Assembly (NCBI GenBank): GCA_963803435.1
Contig: CAWDML010000001.1
Coordinates: 1,440,001-1,504,000 of the forward strand
Source: an uncultured delta proteobacterium
GTDB lineage: Bacteria; Myxococcota; Kuafuiibacteriia; Kuafuiibacteriales; Kuafuiibacteriaceae
Length of the DNA stretch: 64,000 nucleotides
Direction of reading: 5' to 3'
The translations under genes and the position numbers were made by a program. This document shows, piece after piece, positions 48,370 to 58,271 of the stretch. How positions within the stretch are numbered: position 1 is the stretch's first letter; the number at the start of each line of letters is the position of its first letter. The notes beneath the pieces are model-generated. The model made no database searches. It worked only from the letters and a program-made list of their open reading frames with translations, and had not been told where the DNA came from.

Positions 48370-50811
48370 ATGAGTCGTCTGACGCCAGCGCTGCTCGTCG
48401 CCTTGTCGGCCCTGGGGATCGCCTGCGGCGCGGCCACCGACGACGATCACACGCCCCCGCCGCCCGGCGCCGATGGGGGCGTCGCGGACGCCGCGCCTTC
48501 GGACAGCGGCTTCCCGTACGACGTCGTCCCGGCGCTGCCTGCGCAGCCCGCCGCCGCCTCCGAGCCGGTGCTGCTGCCTTGCCCGGCCGGATGGCGGACG
48601 ATCGCCCGTCCCGGCGCGCCTGATGTCTGTGATCCGTGGCCGGCGAGCGGTTACGCGAGCTGCCCGCCGGGACAGGCGCACTTCCCGGGGACTCCGGGAT
48701 GCGCGGCGATCGGCACGGTCTGCCCGAGCGGAGAGTTCGCCGACCTGGGCGCTACAGCGCTCTACGTGACAGCCTCGACGACGGCGGCGAGCGGCGACGG
48801 ATCGATGGGCGCGCCCTTCACGTCGATCACGGCGGCGATCAACAGCACGCCGGCCGGCGGCACGATCGTGCTCGGCCTGGGCACGTTCGACGAGGACTTC
48901 CTCATCGATCGACCCGTGACGCTCAGAGGGAGCTGCGTCGCCGGGACTACCGTCGTCAGCTCGAGCCGCGCGCAGGACCTGGGGGTCGTCACGGTCGACG
49001 CCGAGGTCGAGCTCACGGATCTCACCATCGCCGGGGAGCGCATCGGCGTGCTGGTGGAGAGCGGCCGGCTCCACGGCCACGACCTCGCGATCGCCGGCGC
49101 CCGCCAGACCGGAGTGCGCGTCTCCGGAGGATTGGCGATCCTCGAGGACGTGATCATCCGCGACACGCAGGCCTCGCCCGACGGCATGTTCGGCTACGGT
49201 CGGGGCATGGAGGTGCGCGGGGGCGGACGCGTCGAGGTCGCGCGCGCCGTCCTCGAGAACAACCGCGAGATCGGGATCGCGCTCCGGGATCCGGTGACCG
49301 AACCCCATCGGTTCACCGGTGTCGCGGTGGTGGCGACGCAGCTCGAGAGCGCCGCCAACACCGGGCGCGCGCTCAACATCGCCGAGTCAGCGTCGGCCGT
49401 CTTCGAGCGGGCGGTCTTCGAGGACAACCACGACGTCGCGATCGCGCTGAGCTACGGCGGGATGCTCGAGCTGCACGATGCGGTGGTCCGCGACACGGAG
49501 GTCGTCGCGTCGGGGCAGTTCGGCGTGGGGATCGCCGTCAACGCCGACTCGCATGCCGTCGGCTCCCGCGTGTGGATTACGCACAACCGTACGGCTGGGT
49601 TCGCGGTGGGGAGCGATCCGAACGAGCAGTCGTCGATCGACTTCACGGACCTGCTGGTGGAGGAGACCGAGGGCGACGCGGACGGGCAGTTCGGCCGGGG
49701 CATCGAGGTCGGCTACGGCGCCGACGCGCGCCTCGAGCGGGTCTGGATCCGGGGTAATCGCCTGCACGGTCTGTTCGTCGACGGCGCCGGCTCGACGATC
49801 ACCGCCACTGACGCCTTCTCCCTGGAGACGCGCGCGAAGGCCGCCGACGGCTCGTCGGGCTGGGGCGCCTCGGCGACGAACGGCAGCCACCTGACGCTGC
49901 GCCGCGCCGTGCTGGACCGAAACGTCAGCACCGCCGCCTCGTTCAGCGGCGAAGGCACCGAGGTGATCCTGCGCGATCTGATCGTCGAGGACACCGCGCC
50001 CGGCGTCGGCGTGGTGGGTCCGTGCGGCCGGGGGTTGAACGCACAGGAGGGCGTCCGCCTGATCGTGGAGCGCGCACGCCTCTTCAGAAACCGCGAGGTC
50101 GGGATCGTGATCCACGACCCGACGACGCTCGCGACGCTGAGCGACATCCGGGTGGAGGACACCGCCACGGTCGGCCTGGGCGTGCTCGGCAGCGGCATCG
50201 GGATCCAGCTCGGCGCGCACATGACGCTCGATCGCGCCGAGGTCTCGGACAGCCGGGAGTGCGGCGTCTTCGTCCACGATCAGGGGGCGACGCTGATCGC
50301 GAAGGATCTGTTGGTGCGCGACGGGAGGGGCACGCCGCAGTTCGGCACCTTCGGCCGTGGTCTCAACGTCCAGACGGGCGGGCGGATCCAGGGAACGCGC
50401 GTGCTGCTCGAGGACAACCGGGAGGCGGCCGCCGTCGTCGCCAACGCCGGGAGCAGCCTCGCGCTGTCCGAGGTCACCATCCGGGGCACGCGGCAGCGCC
50501 TCTGCGCCGCCACCGATTGCCCGAACGAAGGTGCCGGCGCCGGAGTGGTCGTGCGCGACTCCGCGGGCGCGGCGATGACGAAGTTCCTCCTCGAGGACAA
50601 CTTCCTGACCGGCGCTCAGATCAGCGACGGCGCCACCATCGATCTGACGGACGGCGACGTCGTCCGCCATCCGGTCGGCGTCAACGTCCAGACCGTCGGC
50701 TTCGACAACAATCGCGTCCTGAACGGCGTCCGGTACATCGACAACGGCGTCCCCGTGAACGGGGCCAGCCTGTTCGTGCCGAACGCGGAGGCCTCCCCGA
50801 TTCCCCAATGA
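48370..50811 (+). CDS. Right-handed parallel beta-helix repeat lipoprotein
   Basis: LSALGIAC lipobox, GDGSMGAPFTSITAAI start motif and many GxGxxV...LxRxxLxxN repeats. Confidence 0.85.
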   Translation: MSRLTPALLVALSALGIACGAATDDDHTPPPPGADGGVADAAPSDSGFPYDVVPALPAQPAAASEPVLLPCPAGWRTIARPGAPDVCDPWPASGYASCPPGQAHFPGTPGCAAIGTVCPSGEFADLGATALYVTASTTAASGDGSMGAPFTSITAAINSTPAGGTIVLGLGTFDEDFLIDRPVTLRGSCVAGTTVVSSSRAQDLGVVTVDAEVELTDLTIAGERIGVLVESGRLHGHDLAIAGARQTGVRVSGGLAILEDVIIRDTQASPDGMFGYGRGMEVRGGGRVEVARAVLENNREIGIALRDPVTEPHRFTGVAVVATQLESAANTGRALNIAESASAVFERAVFEDNHDVAIALSYGGMLELHDAVVRDTEVVASGQFGVGIAVNADSHAVGSRVWITHNRTAGFAVGSDPNEQSSIDFTDLLVEETEGDADGQFGRGIEVGYGADARLERVWIRGNRLHGLFVDGAGSTITATDAFSLETRAKAADGSSGWGASATNGSHLTLRRAVLDRNVSTAASFSGEGTEVILRDLIVEDTAPGVGVVGPCGRGLNAQEGVRLIVERARLFRNREVGIVIHDPTTLATLSDIRVEDTATVGLGVLGSGIGIQLGAHMTLDRAEVSDSRECGVFVHDQGATLIAKDLLVRDGRGTPQFGTFGRGLNVQTGGRIQGTRVLLEDNREAAAVVANAGSSLALSEVTIRGTRQRLCAATDCPNEGAGAGVVVRDSAGAAMTKFLLEDNFLTGAQISDGATIDLTDGDVVRHPVGVNVQTVGFDNNRVLNGVRYIDNGVPVNGASLFVPNAEASPIPQ

Positions 50812-52154
50812 GACCCGCGATCGCCCTCTCGATCGTGCTCGCGTCGGCCGCCTGCGGAGGCGAGAACGCGGAGCCGCTCTGCGATCCGACCGCGCTTCGA
50901 GATGCGCTCGCCGCCGCCGAGCCAGGCGCCGACATCGCAGTCGGCGCGTGCCGGATCGAGGGTGACTTCACGGTGGCGGCCCCGCTTCGCCTGCACGGCG
51001 GGGGGCCGAGCTCGGTGCTGGCGGGGCGGGACGTGACGCTGACGGTGGAGGCGCCGCAGGGGAGCGTGCAGATCGAAGATCTCACCGTCGAGGGCGGGGC
51101 GCGCGCAGGCGTGCGGGTGCGAAGCGCCGATACGGTCGCGCTGACCCGCGTCGCCCTCTCGGCGGCGTCGGGTGTGGCGCTGGGCGCGGAGGACGTGGGG
51201 AGGCTCGCGCTCGCCGCGGTCACGGCCAGAGGCCCGGTCGATCAGACCAACCAGGACCAGGTCGCGTACCCTCCGGACCGCGCTCAGATCGCCACGCACG
51301 GGATCGTCGCCGTACGGGTCGCGGATCTGGCGATGACCGACGTCAGCGCCGAGGGCTTCGCGGGTGCCGGCGTGCTCCTCATCGGCAGCGAGACGCGATG
51401 GGATCGCGGCGACGCCAGCGTCAACCTGGGCATCGGGCTCCACGTGCAGGGAGGCCACGCGACGCTCGCCGACGTGCACCTCGACGGGACGTTCCGCGGG
51501 ACCTGGGGTGTCGAGACGTACGGCGGCGCCTTCACCGCGTCCGCCGCGGTCGACTCGACCAACCTCACCGTCGACGACAACTGGTACGGCCTCCTCCAGC
51601 ACGGCGGGGTCGCGCACCATCTGAACCTCTCCGCCAGCGGCAACCAGAACGCCGGGATCTGGGCGCAGTACACCACCGAGCTCGAGCTGCAGGGCACGAT
51701 CGCGGACAACGACTTCGCCGGAGTGGTCGCGTTCGACGCGGGCGGCGTGTTCATCCACGACTCCACGATCCAGCAGACCCATCAGGTGCTGCGACCCAAC
51801 GGCGAGGTGGGCACGATCATGATCGGAGACGGCATCCAGCTGGTCGAGAGCCTCGACGGCGCGCGGCTATCCGAGCTCGACCTGATCGACAACGAGCGGG
51901 TCGGTCTCTTGATCGAGCTGGGCGGGGGCACCTTCTCGCCGAGCGAGCTCGCCGGCGTCCGGGTCAGCCAGAGCTCCGGCAACGGCGCGGTGTGCCAGCA
52001 CGGCACCAAGCCGGTGGGCTGGGACAGCGGGGTCAGCCGCACGGGCGTGACCTCGGCGCTCGACCACGCCGTCACCGATCTCGACACCGTCGCAGTGGTG
52101 GGTCCCTGCGGACGGCCCGTCGAGCTCTCGGATCTGGCAGCGCTCGGGCTCTGA
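50808..52154 (+). CDS. Right-handed parallel beta-helix repeat lipoprotein
   Basis: ATGA overlap with the previous gene; VLASAAC lipobox; LRDALAAAEPG; xxNxxxGxx repeats. Confidence 0.8.
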   Translation: MRPAIALSIVLASAACGGENAEPLCDPTALRDALAAAEPGADIAVGACRIEGDFTVAAPLRLHGGGPSSVLAGRDVTLTVEAPQGSVQIEDLTVEGGARAGVRVRSADTVALTRVALSAASGVALGAEDVGRLALAAVTARGPVDQTNQDQVAYPPDRAQIATHGIVAVRVADLAMTDVSAEGFAGAGVLLIGSETRWDRGDASVNLGIGLHVQGGHATLADVHLDGTFRGTWGVETYGGAFTASAAVDSTNLTVDDNWYGLLQHGGVAHHLNLSASGNQNAGIWAQYTTELELQGTIADNDFAGVVAFDAGGVFIHDSTIQQTHQVLRPNGEVGTIMIGDGIQLVESLDGARLSELDLIDNERVGLLIELGGGTFSPSELAGVRVSQSSGNGAVCQHGTKPVGWDSGVSRTGVTSALDHAVTDLDTVAVVGPCGRPVELSDLAALGL

Positions 52155-52161
52155 AGGCACG

Positions 52162-55100
52162 TCAGAGCGTGGTGACGTCGACGTCGACGCCCAGGCCCCG
52201 GTGCGCGGGCACCTCGCCGAGGAACCGCTTGCGAAAGTGATCGTCCGCGATGTGGCGCGCGATCGACTCGACCCGCTCGCGCCCGCGCTGTCGCACCGCC
52301 TTCGCCTCGAGCGCCCGACCGGCCGCCTCGAGCGCCAGCGCGTGGGTGAGAAAGACCTCCGCCTCGTCCTCCTCGACGCCGCCGATCTCATCCCGGCGAA
52401 GCAGCGACCGCTCGGACTGCTCGACCGCGCCGTCGACGTCGCCGGCCTCGAGCAGCGCGCGCGCCGCCACCCAGAGCGCCGCCACCTCGACGCCCGGTTG
52501 ATCCGTCTCCCGGGCCTCGCGCGCGACGCCCTCCAGGGACTCGGCCGTCGCCAGCGGGCTCTTGCCGCCGAGGCCGGCGCGCGCCTGGTAGAGGCGGCAC
52601 CACAGCTGGAGGCGCTTATCCACGGTCTCCTTCGCGATCGACTCGCAATCGTCGAGGGCCGCCGACGCCTGCATCGTCTTCTTCTGCTGCATGCACGCGT
52701 AGCCGAGGTTGAGCAGCGCGTAGCCCTCCATGACGCGGTGGCCGACGCGACGGCAGTCGACCAGCGCCCGGCGGAGCGCGTCCTCGGCCTCCGCGTAGGC
52801 ACCGACCCGGTTCCACGCGTCGGCGAGATTCGTCTTGGCGCCGGCGGTCCGGCGGACGTCGCCCACCTCTTCATAGCGCGCGGCGGCCTCCTGAAACGCG
52901 ACACTGCGCGCCCCCGGATCGCCCTTCGCCGAGGCCAGCTGTCCGCGCCAGCCGGCCAGCATCGCCCGCGACGCCGGCGAGGGCTGCGGCACCTGCTCGG
53001 CGTCGACCAGCGCCGCCTCCGCCCGGTCGAGATGGCCGGCGTAGATCTGCGCCACCACCAGCCGGCCGAGCGCACGCACGCGGACGTCGGCATCGCCCGC
53101 CGCCTCCGCTTCGCGCACCGCCTCCTCGAGCAGCGCCGTGGCGCGCTCGGACTCGCGCGAGTTCGCGAGCCACCAGCCCAGCTCGGCCCGCGCCGCTGCA
53201 CGCTCGGCGTCGCTGGTCGCGAGGTCGAGGGCTGCCTCCAGCGCCTGTCGCTGCTCGCCTTTTCGGCCCAGGAAGAACAGCGCTTCGCTCCGGGCCAGGT
53301 GCACCGCGAAGAGCCGCCCGCTCGGCGCCCCCAGCGAGCAGGCGCGCTCGGCGCAGCGAAGAACGCTCTGGTTGTCGCCGCGACGCGCCGCCACCGAGGT
53401 GGCCATCGCGAAGCACTCGGCGGCCTGGGCGGCCTCGCCTCCCAGCTCCCAGTGTCGGCCCATGTCCTCGGGATCGCTGGTCTCCTCGGTGCTGAGGTGC
53501 TCGGCTGCGGTCCGGTGCAGGTCGCGGCGCAGCTCCTCCCCCAGCATCCGGTACGCCACGTCCTGCACCAGGCTGCTCGAGAAGCGGTAGCGCCGCACCC
53601 GCTCGCCTCGCGAGCGAACAGCCAGCAGCGCGCGGCGGACCAGCGAAGCCAGGATCAGCTTCGCGTCCTCGGTGACCAGATGATCGATCTCGTCGAGCGA
53701 GAAGGGACGCGCGAAGATGGAGGCTCGTTTCAATAGATTCTTTTCGCGCGAAGGCAGGTGGTCGAGCCGCGACTGGATCGCGGCCTCCACCGTCAGCGGG
53801 AGCGGCAGCCGGTCCGGATCGCCTGCGCCCTGCTCCTCCAGAGCGAGCAGGATCTGCTCGACGAACAGCGGGTTGCCCTCGGTCCGCTCCGCGATCGCGT
53901 CGATCACCTCGGTGGAGGCCGCCCGGCCGGTCAGCGCGCGGGCCAGCCGGGCCACGTCGGCAGGCAGCAGCCCCCGCGGCTCGAGAAGGCCGCGGCCGCG
54001 CATGAAGGCGGGACGCCGCTCCATGAGCTCGGAGCGGGCGGTGCCGAAGAGCAGGATCGAGCCGTCGATCTCGTCGAAGAGCGACTCGAGCAGGTCGAGC
54101 GAGTCATCGTCGGCCCACTGGAGATCGTCCGCGAGGAGGATCAGCGGGCGTTCGCGCGCTACGCCGGCCATCAGATCGAGGAGCGCCAGCCGCAGCCGGT
54201 CGGCCATCAGTCGCGGATCGCGGCGGGCCGCCTCGAGCTCGACGGTGGCGTCGACCTCGACCTCGAGCAGCTCGGAGATGAACGTGGCGGTCCCCTCCAC
54301 CTCGCCGTCGCGATCGACCGCGCCGCGGACCAGCTGAACGATGGCGTGCCGCTTGGCGCGCTGCGAGAGATCGGGATCGACGGTGCTGCCGAGCATGGAG
54401 GCGAGCAACGAGAACGAGACGTCGCGCTTGACCGGCTCTCCACGACCAACGAAGGAGCGTGCGCCGCGCTCGTGCACCAGGCGATCCATCTCGAGGAGGA
54501 GGCGCGACTTCCCGATGCCGGGAGGGCCGATCGTGAGGAGCGCCGCGGATCCGCCCCCAAACGCGCGATCGCGGGCGGCCTGCATCTGCGCCAGCTCGAC
54601 CTCGCGGCCCAAGAGCGGGGTCGACGCGAGCGAACGGAACGTGTTGGAGAGCGAGGGGTCCTTGCCGGCGAACAGCTCGAAGATGCGATCGCTGACCGGC
54701 GTGATCCGATGAATGCCGTCGAAAGAGCGGGCGCTGGCCGCGTCGATGGCGATGCCGGCGAGCCGGTGCGCGCAGCCCGCCTCTGCGATGGAGAGGGCGT
54801 CACCGGAGATGCCTCCGCCGCTGCGCGTCGCCCGGCCCGAGGCCACCGCCGCGCTCTCAGCCACGCTGCGGGCCTCCAGCGCCGCCGCCACCGCGCGTCC
54901 GAGCTCGTCGCCCTCCCACTTCTCGCCGCCGAACAGACCGAGCGCGCGCTGGCCCACCAGCGGGACGAACGCGCCGCCGCGGACCTCGACCGCGGCCCGC
55001 ATCACCTCCGCATCCCGGAGGCCCTCGACCAGCAGCACCGCGACCACGCGCTGCTCGTCGGCCGCGATCGTTCGGCCGGGCGCGACGATCCGCGAGGCGC

Positions 55101-56043
55101 CCCGGTTCGTGGGATCGACCTTCTCGAGCGCGGCGATGAAGTCGCCCGCGCTCCGCCATCGCTTCGAGGGCTCCTTCTCCAGGGCTCGCTCCACCACCGC
55201 CGCCAGCTCCACCGGCGTCTCGGGCGCACGCTCCCGCAGCGGCAGGTGAGGCTCGCGGACGATCGCCAGGAGCGTGGCGATCGCAGTGTCGCGCGCGAAG
55301 GGCGTTCCGCCGGCGAGCAGCTCGTAGAGGACCACGCCGAGCGACCAGAGATCGGTGCTCTCGTCGATGTCGGCGCTGCCGAAGGCCTGCTCCGGCGAGA
55401 GGTACGCAGGCGTGCCGATCACCCCGCCACTCTGCGTGATCTTGGTGGTGGCTTGCGCGACCATCGCGATCCCGAAGTCGAGCAGCTTGAGCGTGTCTTC
55501 GCCCGTCAAGAAGAGGTTCGCCGGCTTGATGTCTCGGTGGATGATCCCGGCGGCGTGGACAGCCGACAGGCCGAGCAACGCCTGCAAGCCGATGTCGACG
55601 ACACGCGCCGGGGGTGCCGGCCCGGCGTCGACCACCTCCGTGATCGATTGGCCCTCCAGCAGCTCGAAGACGATGTACGGGACACCGTGCTCGTCGGTTC
55701 CGGAGCCCTCCACGCGGACCACGTGCTTCGATTCAATCCGGATCTTGGCCTCGCGCTCGAACCTCCGGGCGAACTCCGGATCGCGCGTGTTGAGGAGCTT
55801 GACGGCCACCGAGCGTCCGTCCTCGCCCACCGCCTCGTAGACGACGCCCATCCCGCCGGCGCCGAGGATCCGGCGCACGTCGTAGGGCCCGATGCGGCTG
55901 CGCCGCGGGAGGTCGGCGAGGCGCTCCTTGTTCTTCTTGGGCGGGGGAGGCTCGCCGCCGTCCATCCGGATGGTCTCCAGATCCTCGGCGCTCCGCTTGA
56001 CGGTATGATCCGTCGCGAAAGGCTTGGGGCGCCGCCTGGCCAT
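52162..56043 (-). CDS. Ser/Thr kinase - degenerate cyclase-like region - AAA ATPase - TPR fusion
   Basis: LGAGGMGVVY, VAVK, HRDIKPAN, DFG, GTPAYLSPEQ; GPPGIGKSRL; ADDLQWAD; RTEGNPLFVEQ; C-terminal TPRs. Confidence 0.92.
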   Translation of the reverse strand: MARRRPKPFATDHTVKRSAEDLETIRMDGGEPPPPKKNKERLADLPRRSRIGPYDVRRILGAGGMGVVYEAVGEDGRSVAVKLLNTRDPEFARRFEREAKIRIESKHVVRVEGSGTDEHGVPYIVFELLEGQSITEVVDAGPAPPARVVDIGLQALLGLSAVHAAGIIHRDIKPANLFLTGEDTLKLLDFGIAMVAQATTKITQSGGVIGTPAYLSPEQAFGSADIDESTDLWSLGVVLYELLAGGTPFARDTAIATLLAIVREPHLPLRERAPETPVELAAVVERALEKEPSKRWRSAGDFIAALEKVDPTNRGASRIVAPGRTIAADEQRVVAVLLVEGLRDAEVMRAAVEVRGGAFVPLVGQRALGLFGGEKWEGDELGRAVAAALEARSVAESAAVASGRATRSGGGISGDALSIAEAGCAHRLAGIAIDAASARSFDGIHRITPVSDRIFELFAGKDPSLSNTFRSLASTPLLGREVELAQMQAARDRAFGGGSAALLTIGPPGIGKSRLLLEMDRLVHERGARSFVGRGEPVKRDVSFSLLASMLGSTVDPDLSQRAKRHAIVQLVRGAVDRDGEVEGTATFISELLEVEVDATVELEAARRDPRLMADRLRLALLDLMAGVARERPLILLADDLQWADDDSLDLLESLFDEIDGSILLFGTARSELMERRPAFMRGRGLLEPRGLLPADVARLARALTGRAASTEVIDAIAERTEGNPLFVEQILLALEEQGAGDPDRLPLPLTVEAAIQSRLDHLPSREKNLLKRASIFARPFSLDEIDHLVTEDAKLILASLVRRALLAVRSRGERVRRYRFSSSLVQDVAYRMLGEELRRDLHRTAAEHLSTEETSDPEDMGRHWELGGEAAQAAECFAMATSVAARRGDNQSVLRCAERACSLGAPSGRLFAVHLARSEALFFLGRKGEQRQALEAALDLATSDAERAAARAELGWWLANSRESERATALLEEAVREAEAAGDADVRVRALGRLVVAQIYAGHLDRAEAALVDAEQVPQPSPASRAMLAGWRGQLASAKGDPGARSVAFQEAAARYEEVGDVRRTAGAKTNLADAWNRVGAYAEAEDALRRALVDCRRVGHRVMEGYALLNLGYACMQQKKTMQASAALDDCESIAKETVDKRLQLWCRLYQARAGLGGKSPLATAESLEGVAREARETDQPGVEVAALWVAARALLEAGDVDGAVEQSERSLLRRDEIGGVEEDEAEVFLTHALALEAAGRALEAKAVRQRGRERVESIARHIADDHFRKRFLGEVPAHRGLGVDVDVTTL

Positions 56044-56063
56044 CGGGCGGGAGCATAGGGTTC

Positions 56064-57149
56064 ATGAGGGAGCGTTGTCACCGTTGTCGGAAGGCGTCGA
56101 TCGTCTGCATCTGCCCAGGTCTCCCCCGCATCCCCAACCGAACCGAGATCGTCATTCTCCAGCACCCGCGCGAGCGCGAGCACCCGTTCGGCACCGCGCG
56201 CTTCGCCGAGCTCGGGCTCGAGCGGGTCCAGACCTTCGTCCACTATGGGCTCGGGCGTGCCCCTTCGCCGCTGGGCGCGCTCCCCGACGACACGGCGCTG
56301 ATCTATCCCGCCGCGCATGCCCCCGAGCTCCGGAGCGTCCCGCGGCCGAGCGCGCTGCTGTTCCTCGACGGAACCTGGGCCCAGTCGCGGACTCTCTATC
56401 GCATCAACCCGGCGCTGGCCGCGCTCCCGCATCTTCGGATCGACCCGAGGACGAAGAGTCGCTACCTGATCCGCAGCGAGCCTGCGCCCTGGTGCGTCTC
56501 GACGATCGAGGCCATCGCGGAGGCGCTCGCGATCGTCGAGCCCGACCTCGAGGGGCTCGATCGGCTGGTCGCCGCGTTCGAGTCGATGATCGCGCGCCAG
56601 CTCGAGTTCAGGTCGCGGCCGGCGCTCCGCCGCAAGAAGGCAAGACCCAAGCCGGAGAGCCGCGCCCTCCCCAACAGCCTGCGCGAAGGCCGCCGGTTGA
56701 TCCTGGCGCACGGTGAGCTGAGCCGCGGCGAGCTGGTGTATCTGGTCGCGTCGGACCTGGCGCAGCGCCGCTTCGAGTGTGCCTTGAAGCCCCGGATCCC
56801 GCCGGCCGATTGGTGGCTCGCGCGGGCCGGGCTCGAATGGACATCGATCGAGCGTGGGCTCGATCCGCGAGATCTTCCCGCTCGATGGCGCGCGTTCGCG
56901 GGTCCCGAGGATGTGCTGGTCTGCTGGACCCGAAGCCTGCTCGAGTCCATCGCGGCCGCCACATCGCATTCGGCGCCGTCCGCTGTCCTCAAGACGGCGT
57001 ACTGCAATCTACGATCGGCACGATCGGGCAGCCTCGAGGAGGTCTTGCAGCGCGAAGGTCTCGATCCACTCGACACCGGTGCCATGGGGCGGGCCGGTCG
57101 AAGCCTCTCGATGTTGATCCCGTTGGCCGGTCGGATGTTCGGGCGGTAG
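56064..57149 (+). CDS. DTW-domain tRNA-uridine aminocarboxypropyltransferase with a C-terminal extension
   Basis: CxxC..CIC, LQHPRE, GTA, LDGTWAQSR, Y.IRSEP...STIEA. Confidence 0.88.
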   Translation: MRERCHRCRKASIVCICPGLPRIPNRTEIVILQHPREREHPFGTARFAELGLERVQTFVHYGLGRAPSPLGALPDDTALIYPAAHAPELRSVPRPSALLFLDGTWAQSRTLYRINPALAALPHLRIDPRTKSRYLIRSEPAPWCVSTIEAIAEALAIVEPDLEGLDRLVAAFESMIARQLEFRSRPALRRKKARPKPESRALPNSLREGRRLILAHGELSRGELVYLVASDLAQRRFECALKPRIPPADWWLARAGLEWTSIERGLDPRDLPARWRAFAGPEDVLVCWTRSLLESIAAATSHSAPSAVLKTAYCNLRSARSGSLEEVLQREGLDPLDTGAMGRAGRSLSMLIPLAGRMFGR

Positions 57150-57158
57150 GCTTTGAAG

Positions 57159-58211
57159 ATGAGAACGACGGTCATCGCTGCGTCCCTGCTGTTCTCCTCG
57201 ATTGCGCACGCGCAGAGCGAGGAGGAGATGCTCGAGAGTGCGAGAGCCGAGATCACCCAAGGTGCGTACGAGACGGGCATCGCGAAGCTGGAGCAGATCC
57301 ACAAGACGAGCCCCCGTCCCGCGCTGCTGCTGGAGATCGCGACGGCCTACGCGCAGTGGCAGGGACACTGTCAGGACGCCATCACCAACTTCGATCGCTT
57401 CTTCGAGACCTGCAACCAGTGTGAGTCCTTCGAGGCCGCAAAGGAGCGGAACGCGCGCGTTCGAGCCTCCTGCCAGGTGAAGGTCCACGTCGAGTCGGAG
57501 CCGGCGGGTGCCATGATCTCGATCGACGGCTCACCGATCGGAACGAGCCCGCTCGACGCCACCCTGGTCGCCGGCCAGCACGGCTTCGAGGCAGAGCTCT
57601 CAGGGTACGGCGGACCCGCCGTCGGGCAGACGTTCGCCCCCGGCCAAGCCGACGGGCTGGTGAAGCTCCGGCTCGACGCGCTCCCGGCCTTCATCGAGCT
57701 GCAGAACTTCACGACGGAGAGCACGATCCTGGTGAGCGGGGTGCCCGCCACGGCGCCAAAGATGGAGGTCAAGCCGGGCAAGCACCGCATCGAGGCCAAG
57801 CGTCCCGGGTATGACGACAAGACGATCGAGGTCTTCGCGCACCGGGGCCAGACGACCCGCGTGGACGTCAGCCTGGTCCCCAGCCAGACCTCCTACCGCA
57901 CCTTCATGTGGGCCAGCGTCGGGGTCGGTGCGTTCGCCCTGATCTCCGCCGGGGCGTTCGGGATCATGTCGAGGGAGGCGGCCGGCGACAAACGTCGCGA
58001 GGAGATGCGCGGGGACTTCGCCGACGCCAAGTACCTCGAAGATCTCGACGGGCGGCTCCACGCCGGCATCACCCGAGCCGCCATCACCGGCGGCATCGCC
58101 GGCGCCGCCGCGATCTCCGCGCTGGTGTTCTTCTTCATCGAGCCCGATCATTCCCAGCCGGTCGCGCTCGCCGTGGGCTCCGACGGTGTGCTGGTTTCGG
58201 GACGCTTCTGA
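57159..58211 (+). CDS. TPR plus PEGA domain membrane protein
   Basis: Signal peptide, TPR, VESEPAGAMISIDG..IGTSPL, C-terminal TM hairpin and final VLVSGRF. Confidence 0.85.
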   Translation: MRTTVIAASLLFSSIAHAQSEEEMLESARAEITQGAYETGIAKLEQIHKTSPRPALLLEIATAYAQWQGHCQDAITNFDRFFETCNQCESFEAAKERNARVRASCQVKVHVESEPAGAMISIDGSPIGTSPLDATLVAGQHGFEAELSGYGGPAVGQTFAPGQADGLVKLRLDALPAFIELQNFTTESTILVSGVPATAPKMEVKPGKHRIEAKRPGYDDKTIEVFAHRGQTTRVDVSLVPSQTSYRTFMWASVGVGAFALISAGAFGIMSREAAGDKRREEMRGDFADAKYLEDLDGRLHAGITRAAITGGIAGAAAISALVFFFIEPDHSQPVALAVGSDGVLVSGRF

Positions 58212-58271
58212 CGGCAGGCGACGCAAGCACGGAATCCCGCTCGAGCTCGAGCGCGTGCGGGCGCGCCTCGA

